Source of the DNA: Chiloscyllium plagiosum
Lineage: Eukaryota
DNA: 63,011 nucleotides
Direction: 5' to 3'
NCBI RefSeq assembly: GCF_004010195.1
Contig: NC_057719.1
Location: 6,548,546 to 6,611,556 of the forward strand
Shown here piece by piece: positions 36,430-49,825 of this stretch (positions are counted from its first letter, which is position 1; each line of letters starts with the position of its first letter). The notes beneath the pieces are model-generated. The model saw nothing but the letters and a program-made list of their open reading frames with translations. It made no database searches and had not been told where the DNA came from. Made by a program: the position numbers and the translations under genes.

Positions 36430-39400
36430 ATGGGGATGAAAGTTGAAAGGACCTGGGTGTCCTTGTGCACCAGTCACTGAGGTGCAGCAGGTGGTAAAGA
36501 AGGCAAATGGTATCTAATAGTTGGTAATGAACCAGTCCAGGTGTTTGATTTAGTTGTAGGTGAGCACTTTAGAGAGAGTGACTATAATTTGGTGAAGTTT
36601 AGTTTAGCGATGGAAAGGGATAGGTACATGCCACAGGTCAAGGGTTAACGATGGGGCAAGGGCAATTATAATGCAATTAGGCAAGGCGTAGGAGGCATGG
36701 AATGGAGTAGCAAAATGCAGATGATGGGGACAATCAAAATGTGGAGCTGGTTTAAGAAACAGATATTGCATGTCCTTGATAGGTATGTCCCTGTCAGGCA
36801 GGGAGGAAGTGATAAGGTAAGGGAACCGTGGTTTACTAAAGAAATTGTATCTCTTGTTAAGTGGAAGCAGGAAGCTTATGTGACGTTGAGACAAGGTGGT
36901 TCAGATGAGGCGATGGAGAGTTACAGATTAGCGAGGAAGGATTTAAGGAGAGAGTTAAGAGGAGCAAAGAGAGGACATGAGCAGTTTTTAGCTGGTCGAA
37001 TAAAGGAGAACCCTAAAGCTTTCTATAGGTATGTGAGGAATAAAAGGATGACAAGGGTAGGAATAGAGCTAGGATCTGAGGGGAAATGAGGAAACTGTTG
37101 GAATCCACATTGATGCCCTGGGGTTGAATTGTTCCGAGGCGGAAGATGAGGCGTTCTTCCTCCAGGCGTCTGGTGGTGAGGGAGCGGCGGTGAAGGAGGC
37201 CCAGGACCTCCATGTCCTCGGCAGAGTGGGAGGGGGAGTTGAAATGTTGGGCCACGGGGCGGTTTGGTTGATTGGTGCGGGTGTCTCGGAGATGTTCCCT
37301 AAAGCGCTCTGCTAGTCAAAGACAGAAGTGGGAAGTTGTGTGTGGACCCTGTGGAGATCGGAGAGATGCAAAATGAACATTTCTCATCGGTTTTCACTCA
37401 GGAAAAGGAGAATATTGTAGAGGAGAAGAATGAGATACGAGCTATTAGACTAGAAAAGATCGTGGTTAGTAAGAGGAGGTGTTATCAATTCTAGAAGGTG
37501 TGAAATTAGATAAGCCCCCCTGCGCCGGATGGGATTTATCTGAGGATTCTCTGGGAAGTTAGGGAGGAGATGGTGAAGCCTTTGGCCTTGTTCTTTGATC
37601 TTTGAGTCGTCATTGCCTACGGGGGGTTTAGCTGCAGAGGACTGCAGGTTTTGCAAATGTTGGGTCCTTTTTCAAGAAGGGCAGCAGAGATGACCCAGGT
37701 AATTACTGACCAGTGAGCCTTATGTCTATTGTAGGAAAAGTTTTGGAAAGGATTATAAGAGATAGGATTTATAATCATCTAGCAAGCAACAATTTGATTG
37801 CAGAGAGTCAACATGGTTTTGTCAAGGGCAGGTCGTGTCTCACAAACTTCAGTGAGTTTTTTGAGAAGGTGACCAAGCATGTGAATGAGGATAGAACAGT
37901 TGACATGGTGTACATGGACTTCAGTAAAACTTTGATAAGATTCCACATGGTAGGCTTTAGGAGAAAATGCAGAGGCATGGAATTGAGGGTGATTTAGCAG
38001 TTTGGATTAGAAACTGGCTTTCTGTAAGAATGCAGCGAGTGGTGGTTGATGGAAAATATTCAGTCTGGAGTCCGGTTACTAGTATGTGCCACAAGGATCT
38101 GATTTGGGACCACTGCTGTTTGTCATTTTTATAAATGACTGAAAAGCAGGCATAGGTGGATGGTTTAGTAAGTTTGCAGATGACACTAAAGTCTGTGGAA
38201 TGGTGGACAGTGTGGAAGAATGTTACAGGTTGCAGGGGGACTTGGATAAACTGCAGAATTGGGCTGAGAGGTGGCAAATGGAATTCAATGCAGATAAATG
38301 TGAGGTGATTCACTTTGGGAAGAATAACAGGAAGGCAGAGTACTGGGTCAATGGAAAGATTCTTGGTAGTGTGGATGTGCAGAGGGATCTTGGTGTCCAT
38401 GCACAAACATTCCTGAAAGTTGCCACCCAGGTTGATAGTGCTGTTAAGGCGGCATACGGTGTGTTAGGTTTTATTGGTAGAGGGACTGAGTCCCGGAGCC
38501 ATGATGTCATGCTGCAACTGTACAAAACGCTAGTGCAGCCTCACTTAGAATATTGTGTACAGTTCTGGTCGCCCCATTACAGGGAGAATGTGGAAGCATT
38601 GGAAAAGGTGCAGAGGAAATTTACCAGGATGTTGCCTGGTCCTATGCGAAGGTCTTATGAGGAAAGGCTGAGGGATTTTGGTTTGCTCTCATCAGACAGA
38701 AGAAGGCTAAAAGGAATTTGATACAACTGAGGGGTGATAGATTTAAGACGGATGTCAGAGGCAGGTTCTTTACGCAGAGAGTGGTAAGAGCGTGGAATGC
38801 CCTACCGCTAATATAGTTAACGCAGCCATATTGGGGAGATTTAAACAATCCTTGGATAAGCATATGGAATGATGATGGGATAGTGTAGGGTGATGGGCTT
38901 AGATTAGTTCACAGGTCAGCGCAATATTGAGGGCCGAAGGGCCTGTCCTGTACTGTATTGTTCTATGTTCTATGTATTGTGGCCTTCATTGCAAGAGGTT
39001 TTGAGTACAGGAGCAGGGATGTGTTGATGCAGTTATACTGGGCCTTGGTGAAGCCACACCTAGAATATTGTACACAGTCTTGGTCTCCTTTTCAGAGGAA
39101 GGATGCTCTTGCTCTCGGGGGAGTGTAGCAAAGGTTTACCGGGAACGGCGGACTGACGTATGAGGAGGGATTGACTAGGTTAGGATTGTTTTCACTGGAG
39201 TTCAGACGAATGAAGGGGAGGGGTCTCATAGAGACTTATAAAATTATCACAGGACTAGACAGGGTAGATGCAGGGAGGATGGTGGGCGTGTCCTGAACCA
39301 GGGGTCACAGTCTGAGGATTCAGAGTAGACCATTTAGGAGGGAGATGGGGTGACAATTCTTCACAGTGGTGAGCCTGTGGAATTCAGTACCACAGGACAT

Positions 39401-39600
39401 AGTCAATGCCAAAACATTGAATGTATTCAAGATACAGCTAGATATAGTACTTGAGGTGAATGGGATCAAAGGTTATGAGGTGAAAGCAGGATTAGGCCAC
39501 TGAATTGAATGATCAGCCTTGAATGTGATAAATGGTGGTGCAGGCTTGAATGGGTCGAATGGCCTCCTCCTGCTCCCTTCTTCTGTGTTTCTATGTATTT
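36430..39600 (+). mobile_element. CR1 ORF2 remnant (about 36510-38975, EN end through RT to 3' tail) nested in an older CR1
   Basis: IKENPKAFYRYVRNKR, QHGFVKGRSCLTN, YMDFSK, QMEFNADKCEVIHFG, with multiple frameshifts. Confidence 0.92.
37073..37312 (-). mobile_element. Penelope GIY-YIG fragment inserted in CR1
   Basis: LAERFREHL...AQHFNSPSHSAEDMEVLGLLHRRSLTTRRLEEERLIFRLGTIQPQGINV. Confidence 0.88.
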
Positions 39601-39839
39601 GAAAGAGTACTGACCTCCAAGATCCTGATCAATGTTTATCCCTCAAACAAACATGCAAAAGGCAGAGTTCGTTTAGTCATTCATGGGATGTGGGCATTAC
39701 AGGCTGGTTCTGCATTTATTGCCCATCCCTAGTTGCCCTTGAGAAGGTGGTAGGTCTTGCTAAATAAATTTTAAAAATCTCCCAATCTCTGTTTTGACAT
39801 TTTCAATTAGCCCTCAGTCTCTCAGCGGCATTTTGCGCA

Positions 39840-40775
39840 AGGAAAGACATCATTTCATTGGAAGCAATTCAGAGAAGGTTCACGAGGATGATCCCTGGGT
39901 TGGAGCAAAGGCTAAACAGGTTTGGATTGGGTAAGGGTACAAGATACTCATACAAGATTCTTAAGGGGCTTGACAGGGTAAATGCTGAGAGGGTGTTTCC
40001 CCTTGTGGAACACTCTGCGACCAGAGGGCATAGTCTGAGAATAAAGGGGTGCCAATTTATGGCTGAGAAGAAGAGGAATCTCTTCTCTCAAAGGATTGAG
40101 AGTTTTTGGAACTCCTTGCACAGAGAGCTGAGGGGGCAAATTTATTGTGCATTTTAAGGCTGAGAGAGATAGCTTCTTGATCAGTCAGGGAATCGAGGCT
40201 CACAGGGAAGATTAGATTAAATTAGATTAGATTACATTACATTACATTACAGTGTGGAAACAGGCCCTTCGGCCCAACAAGTCCACACCTCCCCGCCGAA
40301 GCACAAACCACCCATTCCCCTACATTTACCCCTTACCTAACACTACGAGCAATTTAGCATGGCCAATTAACCTGACCTGCACATCTTTGGACTGTGGGAG
40401 GAAACCGGAGCACCCGGAGGAAACCCACGCAGACACGGGGAGAACGTGCAAACTCCACACAGTCAGTCGCCTGAGGCGGGAATTGAACCCGGGTCTCAGG
40501 CGCTGTGAGGCAGCAGTGCTGACCACTGTGCCACCGTGCCGCCCACTAAAGGGCAGGGCACAAAAGGGAAAGGGGAGGAAAGTGGATGTGAGGAGTGTCG
40601 GATCAGTCATGATCCTATTGAATAGTGGAGGAGACTTGAGGGGCCAAATGGGGATTAAGAGTTACGTGGAGAAAGCGGAAGAACGGGGTTAAGAAACTTA
40701 TCAGCCACGATTGAATGGTGGGGCGGACTTGATGGACTAAATGGCCTAATTTCTGTTCCTATGTCTTATGGTCTA
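39840..40775 (+). mobile_element. CR1 3' fragment interrupted by an HE1 SINE (-, 40210-40545)
   Basis: LEAIQRRFTRMIPG, and a full HE1 copy in opposite orientation. Confidence 0.87.
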
Positions 40776-40792
40776 CTCCTGTTCCTACTTAA

Positions 40793-41590
40793 GAGTCATA
40801 GAGTCATAGAGATGTACAGCATTCATGATTTTATAAACCTCTATAAGGTCACCCCTCAACCTCCGACGCTCCAGGGAAAACAGCCCCAGCCTGTTCAGCC
40901 TCTCCCTATAGCTCAAATCCTCCAACCTTGGCAACATCCTTGTAAATCTTTTCTGAATCTTTTCACATTTTACAACATCCTTCCGATAGGAAGGAGACCA
41001 GAAATGCACTCAATATTCCAAAAGTAGCCGAACCGATGTCCTGTACAGCCACAACATGACCTCCCAACTCCTGTACTCAATACTCTGAACAATAAAGGAA
41101 AACATATCAAACGCCGCCTTCACTATCTATCTACCTGCGACTCCACTTTCAAGGAGCTATGAACCTGCACTCCAAGGTCTATTTGTTCAGCAACACTCCC
41201 TAGGACCTTACCATTAAGTGGATAAATCTTGCTAAGATTTGCTTCTCCAAAATGCAGCTCCTCACATTTATCTGAATTAAACTCCATCTGCCACTTCTCA
41301 GCCCACTGACCCATCTAATCAAGATCCCATTGTAATCTGAGGTAACTTTCTTTGCTGTCCACTACACCTCCAATTTTGGTGTCATCTACAAACTTACTAA
41401 CTACGTGGATACCCCTTATGTTCACATCCAAATCATTTGTATAAATGACGAAAAGCAGTGGACCCAGCACCAATCCTTGTGGCACTCCACTGGTCACAGG
41501 CCTCCCGTCTGAAATGCAACCCTCCACCACCACCCTCTGTCTTCAACCTTTGAGCCAGTTCTGTATCCAAACGGCTGGTTCTCCCTATTC
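40793..41590 (-). mobile_element. CR1 RT fragment with an internal deletion before the tail
   Basis: SGVPQGLVLGPLLFVIY, SKFVDDTK, RRLRGDLIEVYKIM. Confidence 0.9.
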
Positions 41591-42059
41591 TTATGATCTT
41601 TCGGTCCAAGTGAGCACCAGACTTTCACTGGAATGAGTGTAAGTAAAATGCTGCTGATGCTGGGGACTAGACATTAAAAACAGAGCCCTTGGCAATATTC
41701 ATGGGGACAGCAACAAGAATTAATGTTTCAAGCACACTTTCCAGTAGTCATGAAGGGAATTACTTTCTGAATGGCCCAGCTCTCACTTTAATGTTAGGTC
41801 ACCTTGTTTGAAACACCCATGAGGATGAATAGTTTCTAACTTATTTACCCTCACAATGGTTTCAATCACCATAACATGTCAATTCGATCACCCCTTCATC
41901 TATACCTAAGGGACTGCAAGCCTGTGGTTCAGCAGGTCAGAGGGGCTGAATGTATGACTGTGTTCTGAGGATTGGGGAAGAGTACAGGGTATCACCCAGG
42001 GGTTGCTTCTTTTTGTCCATCCAGTACCTTTCTTGCACCAAGAGCTTTTAGTCATGCTT

Positions 42060-43980
42060 ATCTGTATTGGTCAGTGCATTGAGTATACGAGTTGGGAGGT
42101 CATGGTGATGTTGTGAAACTTGAAAGGGTTCAGAACAGATTTACAAGGATGTTGCCAGGGTTGGAGGATTTGAACTACAGGGAGAGGCTGAACAGGCTGG
42201 GGCTGTTTTCTTTGGACCGTCGGAGACTGAGGGGTGACCTTATAGAGGTTTATAAAATCATGAGGGTCATGGATTGGATAAATAGACAAAGTATTTTCCC
42301 TGGGGTGGGGGAGTCCAAAACTAGAGGGCATAGGTTTAGGGTGAGAGGGGCAAGATACAAAAGGGACCTAATGAGCATCTTTTTCATGCGGAGGGTGGTG
42401 TTAGATGGAATGAGCTGCCAGAGGAAGTGATGGAGGCTCGTACAATTACAGCATTTAAAAGGTATCTGGATGGTTATGTGAATAGAAAGGGTTTAGAGAG
42501 ATATGGGCTGGGTGCTCGCAAACGGGTCTAGATTAGGTTAAGATATCTGGTCGGCATGGTTGAGTTGGACCGAACGGTCTGTTTCCATGCCGTACATCTC
42601 TATGACTATGACTATGACTATGACTTTAAGAGCATCCCACCCACACCCACCTCCCCTCCTTATTGCTCTACATTTCCCTGACTAATGTACCTAACCTACA
42701 CATCCCTGAACACAATGGGCAATTCTTTTATAGAATCCAGGCAGTCACAGTGCGAAGCAACATCATCGTTGAACCGAGTCTCATGCCCTAGCAGTATATT
42801 AATAAGATGAAGGAAGTGAATGTACTATCGCTAAGTTTGTGGGAAGAAAAATGGTGAGGATGACATAAAGAGTCAGCAGAGGGATATAGATAGGTCAAGT
42901 GAGTGAGTAAAAACTTGGCAGATGGAAAATAATGTGGGGAAATGTGAGGTTATGCACTTAGGCAAGAAGAATGGAGGAGCTGAATATTATTTAAATGGAG
43001 AAAACAATGTAGCAGAGGAATTTAGTTGGGGGGAGTGTCCCCATCTCTGAATCACAAAAGGCTAGCATCCAAGTTCAGTCAGTAATAGAGAGGGCCAATG
43101 GAATGTTAGCATATATTTCAAAGGGAATGAAGTATAAAAGTAGGGAGCTTTTCTAAGACTGTACAAGGCACTAGTCAGACCACAGCTGGAGTTCAGTGAA
43201 CAGTTTTGGGCCCATTACCTTAGGAAAGATGTACCAGCATTAGAGGCAGTCGAGTGAAATTTTTCTAGGCTAGTGCCAGGTAATGACAGGTTGAGTAAGT
43301 TGAGCTTGTACTCAGTGGAATTTAGAAGGATGAGAGACTGACCTTGTTAAGACATGTAGTGGAACATTCTTGAGGACTTGATAGGGAGGTGCAGGAATGT
43401 TGTATCCCATGTTGAAGGATTTAGGACTAGAGGGCATAATTTCAATCTAAGTTGTTGCACATTTAAGATACAGATGGAGAGGGTTTTTTTTCTCTCAGAG
43501 AGTAGTGAATCTATGAAATTCTTTTTGGCAGAAGGTCGTTAAGTATATTGAAGGCTGAGATAGACAGATTTTTAATCAGTAAGGGAATCGAGGGTGACAG
43601 GGAAAAGGCAGAAAAGTGAAGTTGATGATGATCAGATCAATGACTCCATTGTATGATGAAGTGAACTCAATGGTTTCAGCTCCTGCATCTTATGGTCCTA
43701 GAGTCATAGAGATGTACAGCAGGGAAACAGACCTTCGGTCCAACTCATGCATGCCGACCAGACCTTATCTATTTAGTCTATCCATTCCCCTCATGATTTT
43801 ATAAACCTCTATAAGGTCACCCCTCAGCCTCCGACACTCCAGGGAAAACAGCTCCAGCCTATTCAACCTCTCCCTATAGCTCAAATCCTCCAACTCTGGC
43901 AACATCTTTGCAAATCTTTTCTGAATCCTTTCAAATTTCACGACATCCTTTTGGTGGAAAGGAGACCATGCAATATTCCA
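42060..43980. mobile_element. Cluster of CR1 fragments (+ 42060-42625, + 42830-43700, - 43700-43980)
   Basis: ORFs 42092..42430 and 43765..44037, with CR1 tails. Confidence 0.85.
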
Positions 43981-44754
43981 AAAAACATTTTTTTGGGGGT
44001 CGGTGAGGACTTGTTGGACTAGGAGGCCTGTTTCCATACTATAGGGATTCTATGATTCTACGAACACAATGCAGCTGCCTGTACCAGATATGTTACCAGA
44101 TGAGTAATCTATAGGCCTGAATAATACCCTTGTTTTGGGGGTGGGGTTGATGGTTGGGCAATTTACACTATTTTCTGTGCACACACACTGGATGTAAAGA
44201 GGCTGCTTTGTGTGTGCCCAGGGTGGGGTGTTCTGTGTTGCTGTGTGTGTGGCCGCTGAAGGAAACACTGACCTGGTTTAATGATCTGAGAACGGAGTTT
44301 CAAATCTCAGCACCACAGCTGGAGAATTGAAATTCTATCAATTAACCTAATCAGGCGTTAAAAAAAAGCAGAAGGTGATGGCTTTGGAGAAAAGCATTTC
44401 TTTCCGTTCTGTCCTTGCCAATTTGTTAGGGAGCTCTGCTGTCAAATTGCCAAATACGACGTCAGCAACAGTGACAATTGCAAAGCCTGTCACAAAATGT
44501 TCTACGTTGTACTTTTCCAAATCCTTTGCCTATTTCCATCAAGTCATTAAAGGAGATCTATATTCTGTGGTGTTTAGAAGGATAAGACGCAATCTCATTG
44601 AAACATAGAAAATTCTGAAGGGACACATTAAGGTAGAGCAGGACTTCCCAAAGTTGGCAGGTGGGATGGAGGGAGGTGAGGTTGAAATTTCCAGCTCAGA
44701 GGCAGCGATGGATAGTCCCCAGAGCTGCACTCCCCACTCCCAGAGTTGGAAAAC

Positions 44755-46500
44755 GTTTAGAAAGCAGGAAAGTGGAGTCACGGGGAGACAAGGTGGTGAA
44801 GACAACATCCGGTACACGTGCTTTCATTGGCCAGTGCACTGAGTATAGGAGTTGGGAGGTCATGTTGCAGCTGTCCAGGATACTGGTGAGACCAGTTTTA
44901 GAATACTGCATTCAATTCTGGTCTCCCTCCTATCGGAAAGATGTTGCGAAACTAGACAGGGCTTGGAAAAGATTTACAAGGAGGTTGCCAGGGTTGGAGG
45001 GTTTAAACTATGGGAAAGGCTGAATAGGCTGGGGCTGTTTTCCCTGGAGTGTCAGAGGTTGACGGAAGTGAGCTTATAGAGGTTTGTAAAATCAAGAGGG
45101 GCATGGATAGGGTGAACAGCAAAGATCTTTTCCCCAGGGTAGGGGAGTCCAAAATTAGAGGGCATAGGTTTAAGATGAAAGGGGAAAGATTTAAAAGAGA
45201 CCCGAGAGGTACCTTTTTCACGCAGGGGGTAGTGTGTGTATGGAATGAGCTGGCAGAGGAAGTGGTGTGGAAGTGGGTACAGTTACAACATTTAAAAGGC
45301 ATCTGGGTGGGTATATGAATGGAAAAGGTTTAGAGGGATATGGGCCAAATTATGGCAAATGGGACTAGATTAATTTAAGATATCTGGTCGGCATGGACAA
45401 GTTGGACCAAAGGGTCTGTTTCGGTGCTATATAGCTCTATGACTCTATGGCATTTAGGGAGACACTGGTTGTTTTTAATGGTTGGAGAATCTCAAACCTG
45501 GAGGCACAATCTTAGGATGTCACCTGATACTTTAAAGTTGAGATTAGGAGAAATTAGGTTGTGAAACTATAGCATTCTCTGCCACAGAGGTTTGTGAGTG
45601 CTCCATCACTTGAATACACTTAATAGAAACGTAGAAAGTAGGAGCAGGCATAGGACATATTGAACATTCCAATCTGCTCCACCATTCAATATTATCATAC
45701 CTGATCATCTAACCCAATATCCTGTTCCCACCTTCTTCCCATAACCTGCGATCCCTTTGGCCCTGAGAACTAGATATAACTCCTATTTGGGAAAGTTCAA
45801 TCTTTTGGCCTCAACTGTTTTCTATGGCAGAGAAATCCACAAGTTCCCCACTCTCTGAGTGAAGAAATTTCTCCTCATCTCAGTCTTAAATGGCCCACCT
45901 TGGTCCATTCCTTAGACTATGACCATTGGTTCTGGAACACTTGGTTCCCTATCAATGGGAATATCCTTCCTACGTTTACCCCATCCTGTTAGAATTTTGT
46001 AATTTTCTATTGAAATCCCCCACCCCGCTCCATTATTCTTCTAAACTCCTGTGATTATAGTCCTGACCGATCCAATTAAGGCAGGATTGGCAAGATTTTT
46101 GGTCTCTTTGGGAAATTGAGGGATATGAGGAGTGGGCAGGAAAGTGGAGTTGAAACCTGGGATCAGCCCTGGTGGAACTGAAATGATGGAGCAAACTCAA
46201 TGGGTCAAGTGGTCTACTCCTGCTACTGAGGCGGCCATTTGGTCGATTTAGCCCATGTTGGCTTTAACATTTTCTCACCAAATCAATCTCGCTCTCCCAA
46301 AGCCACTCTATTTTACTTTTCCTTTTCAAAGGATATTTGAGACTGAAATAGACAGATTTTTTTTAATTTTTAGGGAACCAAGGGTTACGAGGAAGAGACA
46401 GAAAAGTGGAGTTTGAGGGTTATCAGATCAATCATGATCTCATTGAGTAATGAGGCAGATCTGATGGGCTGAATGGCCTCTTCTGTTCCGATGTATTAAG
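44755..46500. mobile_element. CR1 fragments (+ 44755-45450, - 45625-46075, plus further 3' ends)
   Basis: EYRSWEVMLQL...LEYCIQFWSP and CR1 3' UTRs. Confidence 0.83.
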
Positions 46501-47274
46501 GGGAGGCTGTGGCATTGCGGACAAATAATCCAGAGTCACACATCAACATAGCAGGCGTATGATTTCAAATCCCAACAAGGAAACATTTTTCAGGACTGTG
46601 AAAAGGGGGAATGCAATTAATTGACAAGTCTCTCAGAGTTATCACTGACTCAATGGATTGAATGGCCTCTGTTGGTGCACTGAGATTTCAAGAGCACTGG
46701 TGCATGAATTTGAGAGATTGGAAGATTGGCAGAAAAGATGGGTCTTGACTGTAAAAAGCTGCATATCTTGTTGTCAGATTTAGTACTGGTTAAAGGTCCA
46801 GCAATTTTGGAAGTTACAGATGTATCTTGCCTGACTTACAATTATAATTTGTGGGGATGCTTCAAGAACATTACACAGCTTTACTTGGAAGGGTTCATTA
46901 TTCAAAGACAATCTTCGACTAATATTAGGAGAAGACTCAGAATGCATGTTGATAAGATCACAGAAAGTACTTCCACCCTCAAAGATAAAAGTGGAAAATA
47001 TGTTCGCTACAGGGTCATGTCTCCATGACAACAGAGAAGCAGCTCGATCCATGGAAACCCAATTGGTGATTGAGGACTGCTGCATAGCTGATTTTTAATT
47101 GGATTTAGCCACAGGTCAGCCATCAATTCAGAAAATTCAATCTCATCAGGACTTGCACCCAGCACGCTAGTGACTTGTTACGTTGTGCTAAAATTATTAA
47201 GTTTATAAGATGATCCTAATTTTGGACTGTAGGTTTAAATAAAGTGTAAAAGAAGGAGGTCACTTAGGAAGGGA

Positions 47275-48265
47275 AACATAGAAAGAATATTGGAACAGGA
47301 GTAGGCCTTTCAGTCTCTCAAGCCTGTTCCACACTTAATGGGATCACGGCTGACCTGTAACCTAACTCCATATACCTGCCTTTGACCCACCTCCCTTCAC
47401 TTAACAAAAAACATTATCTCAGATTTAAAACTAACAACTGATCTGGCATTCACTGCTGCTTAAGAAACAGAGTTCCAAATCTCTTTGTGTGAAGAAGTGC
47501 TTCCTATCATCTTTCCTGAACGGCCTTGACCTAATTCTCAGACAATGTCTGGAATACCCAATCAGTTTATCTTTATCTACCGTCTTTTCCTGTTAATATC
47601 TTGAAGACATTGATCAGATCACCCCTTAACCTTCTAAATTCTAGAGAAGGCAGGCACTTGTATAATCTGTTCTGCAGTTAGTATAACAGTTAACCTCGGT
47701 GATATAATCGCTGGGGATCAAACTATAAGACCCCCTGAAGTAGGAGCAGATGCAAGCCATTCAGCCCATCGAGTCTGCTTTGCCATTCAATGAGACCATG
47801 GCTGGTTGATCACCTGCAACTCCACTTTTCTGCCTTTTCCCCATAACCCTTGATTCCCTTACTGACTAAAAATCAGCCTTGAATATACTTAGTGACCCAG
47901 CTTTGACAGCTCTCTGTGGTAAAGCATCCCACAGATTCACGCTCCTCTGAGAGAAGAAATTCTTCCTCAGCTCTGTCTTAAATGTGTGACCCCTTACTCT
48001 GATGTGGAGGTGCCAATGCTGGACAAGGTCAAAAATCACATGACACCAAGTTATAGTCCAATAGGTTTATTTGAAAACACTAGCTTTCGGAGCACTGCTC
48101 CTTTATTAAGAGAAGAACAGTCCTCCGAAAGTTAGTGTTTTCAAATAAACCCATTGGACTATAACCTGGTGTTGTGTGATTTTTGACCATACTCTGAGAT
48201 GATGCCTTCTAGTCCCAACAACCTCTCCACGTCTATCCTCTCAAGACCCCTATGAGTCTTGTAAG
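47275..48265 (-). mobile_element. Two CR1 3' ends; the second contains a palindromic PLE-type insert (48003-48189)
   Basis: CR1 3' UTR similarity, and the insert has TSD tactctga at 47995-48002 and 48190-48197. Confidence 0.78.
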
Positions 48266-49354
48266 AATCAAAGCAAGGCTTAGATTGTTTTATTGAGACG
48301 ATGGTGCAAGGGATTTACATTGATTGCCAATGGTAGCAGCCTCTGAATTTGAAAAGAGCAGACTCAGTGTCTGTCAAAATCACAGAACGTGTTGTAGGTA
48401 TCAGGTTATAAAGAGCTATGTTGCAAAGTGCTTATGGTTTCTAAACTAAAAAGGAGTTGGGGTGAAGCGTATCCACCAGGAGGGAAGGTTAATGTGTTTC
48501 ACATTGCCACGAGGAAGTGGGGGAGCAAGTTATTTTTAAGATCTCATTTGTTATGATCCTAGCAGATGTTGCGAATGGACAAATCACATCCCAGACAGGA
48601 ACTGGGCTTGATAGATCATAGTTTAATTTGTTTTGGTTTCCATAAAGTGGTCTCTCACTGAAATACAAATATACAATGCTGCAGATTTTGCTTTAATGAT
48701 AAAACAAAATATTAAAGGTTACAAGCTTAGTGTGGGAAAATGTGATTGGTACTTTTTTATGGGGTTGAGCACTTTTGGCAGTAGAGTCTCATTAGGCTGA
48801 AGGACCTCTACTGTACTGTATGATTCTATGAATTCTATTCTTTTCATTACAAAAGGAAAGCAGCTCCAATAGAACAGTCCAAACTAGCTGCTGATAATAC
48901 AAAGTGTAAAGGCTGTTCTTTTCACTGTGTTTTTGATTGAAGACTGAAATGGGGAAAAGAATTGTTTAAAAATTGAAGGTAAATAGCAAGTTTTTGAAAG
49001 CAAGTAACCTGACACCCCAAGTCAAACAGTGTAAAAAAGGGCCCCTAGCTCACTGAGTCTGCACTAATGTTCATCCCATCACAGGTACTAGTTACAAAGC
49101 TGCAGCTTCAAACTGTAGTAAATAGCTTGTAGCTGAGCTTTAGCTTTGAGCTGTGTACAATTAGAGATTTGGCCCGCAACAAATAGATGATTGGTCTGTG
49201 GTTTGGTGCCCTAGTTATCAACAACATAGGCCCCCTTGCCTGTCAACAACTACGTGAATGTCTGCATTCTTGTATGGGAATGACATGACAGACTTCCATC
49301 GGTCAGAACAAAACTAGCAACGAGTAAGAAAAACTACAAATGCCGAGAGCTACA

Positions 49355-49677
49355 ATTAGATTAGATTCCCCACAGTATGAAAACAGGCCCTTCAGCCCAA
49401 CAAGTCCACACCGACCCTCCAAAGAGTAACCCACCCAGACCCATTCCCCTACCCTACATTTCCCTCTGACTGATGTACCTAACACAATGGGCAATTTGGC
49501 ATGGCCAATTCACCTGGCTTGCACGCCTTTGGACTGTGGGAGGAAACCGGAGCACCCGAAGAAAACCCACACAGACACGGGGAGAACGTGCAAACTCCAC
49601 ACAGACAGTCACCTGAGGCAGGAATCGAACCCGGGTCCCTGGTGCTGTGAGGCAGCAGTGCTAACCACTGAGCCACC
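49355..49677 (-). mobile_element. HE1-type V-SINE
   Basis: Full copy. Confidence 0.92.
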
Positions 49678-49825
49678 AGAATCACTTTTCTCAACGAAAG
49701 TGGAGGTGATTGGGTGAAATCACTCAGGAAAGAACTGCAAATTGGTTCAGACTGGTTACTTTCTCTCACACACACATGCACACTGCATGTGCTGTTTTTT
49801 GCATTAAACTGACTGTTTGCTGTGA

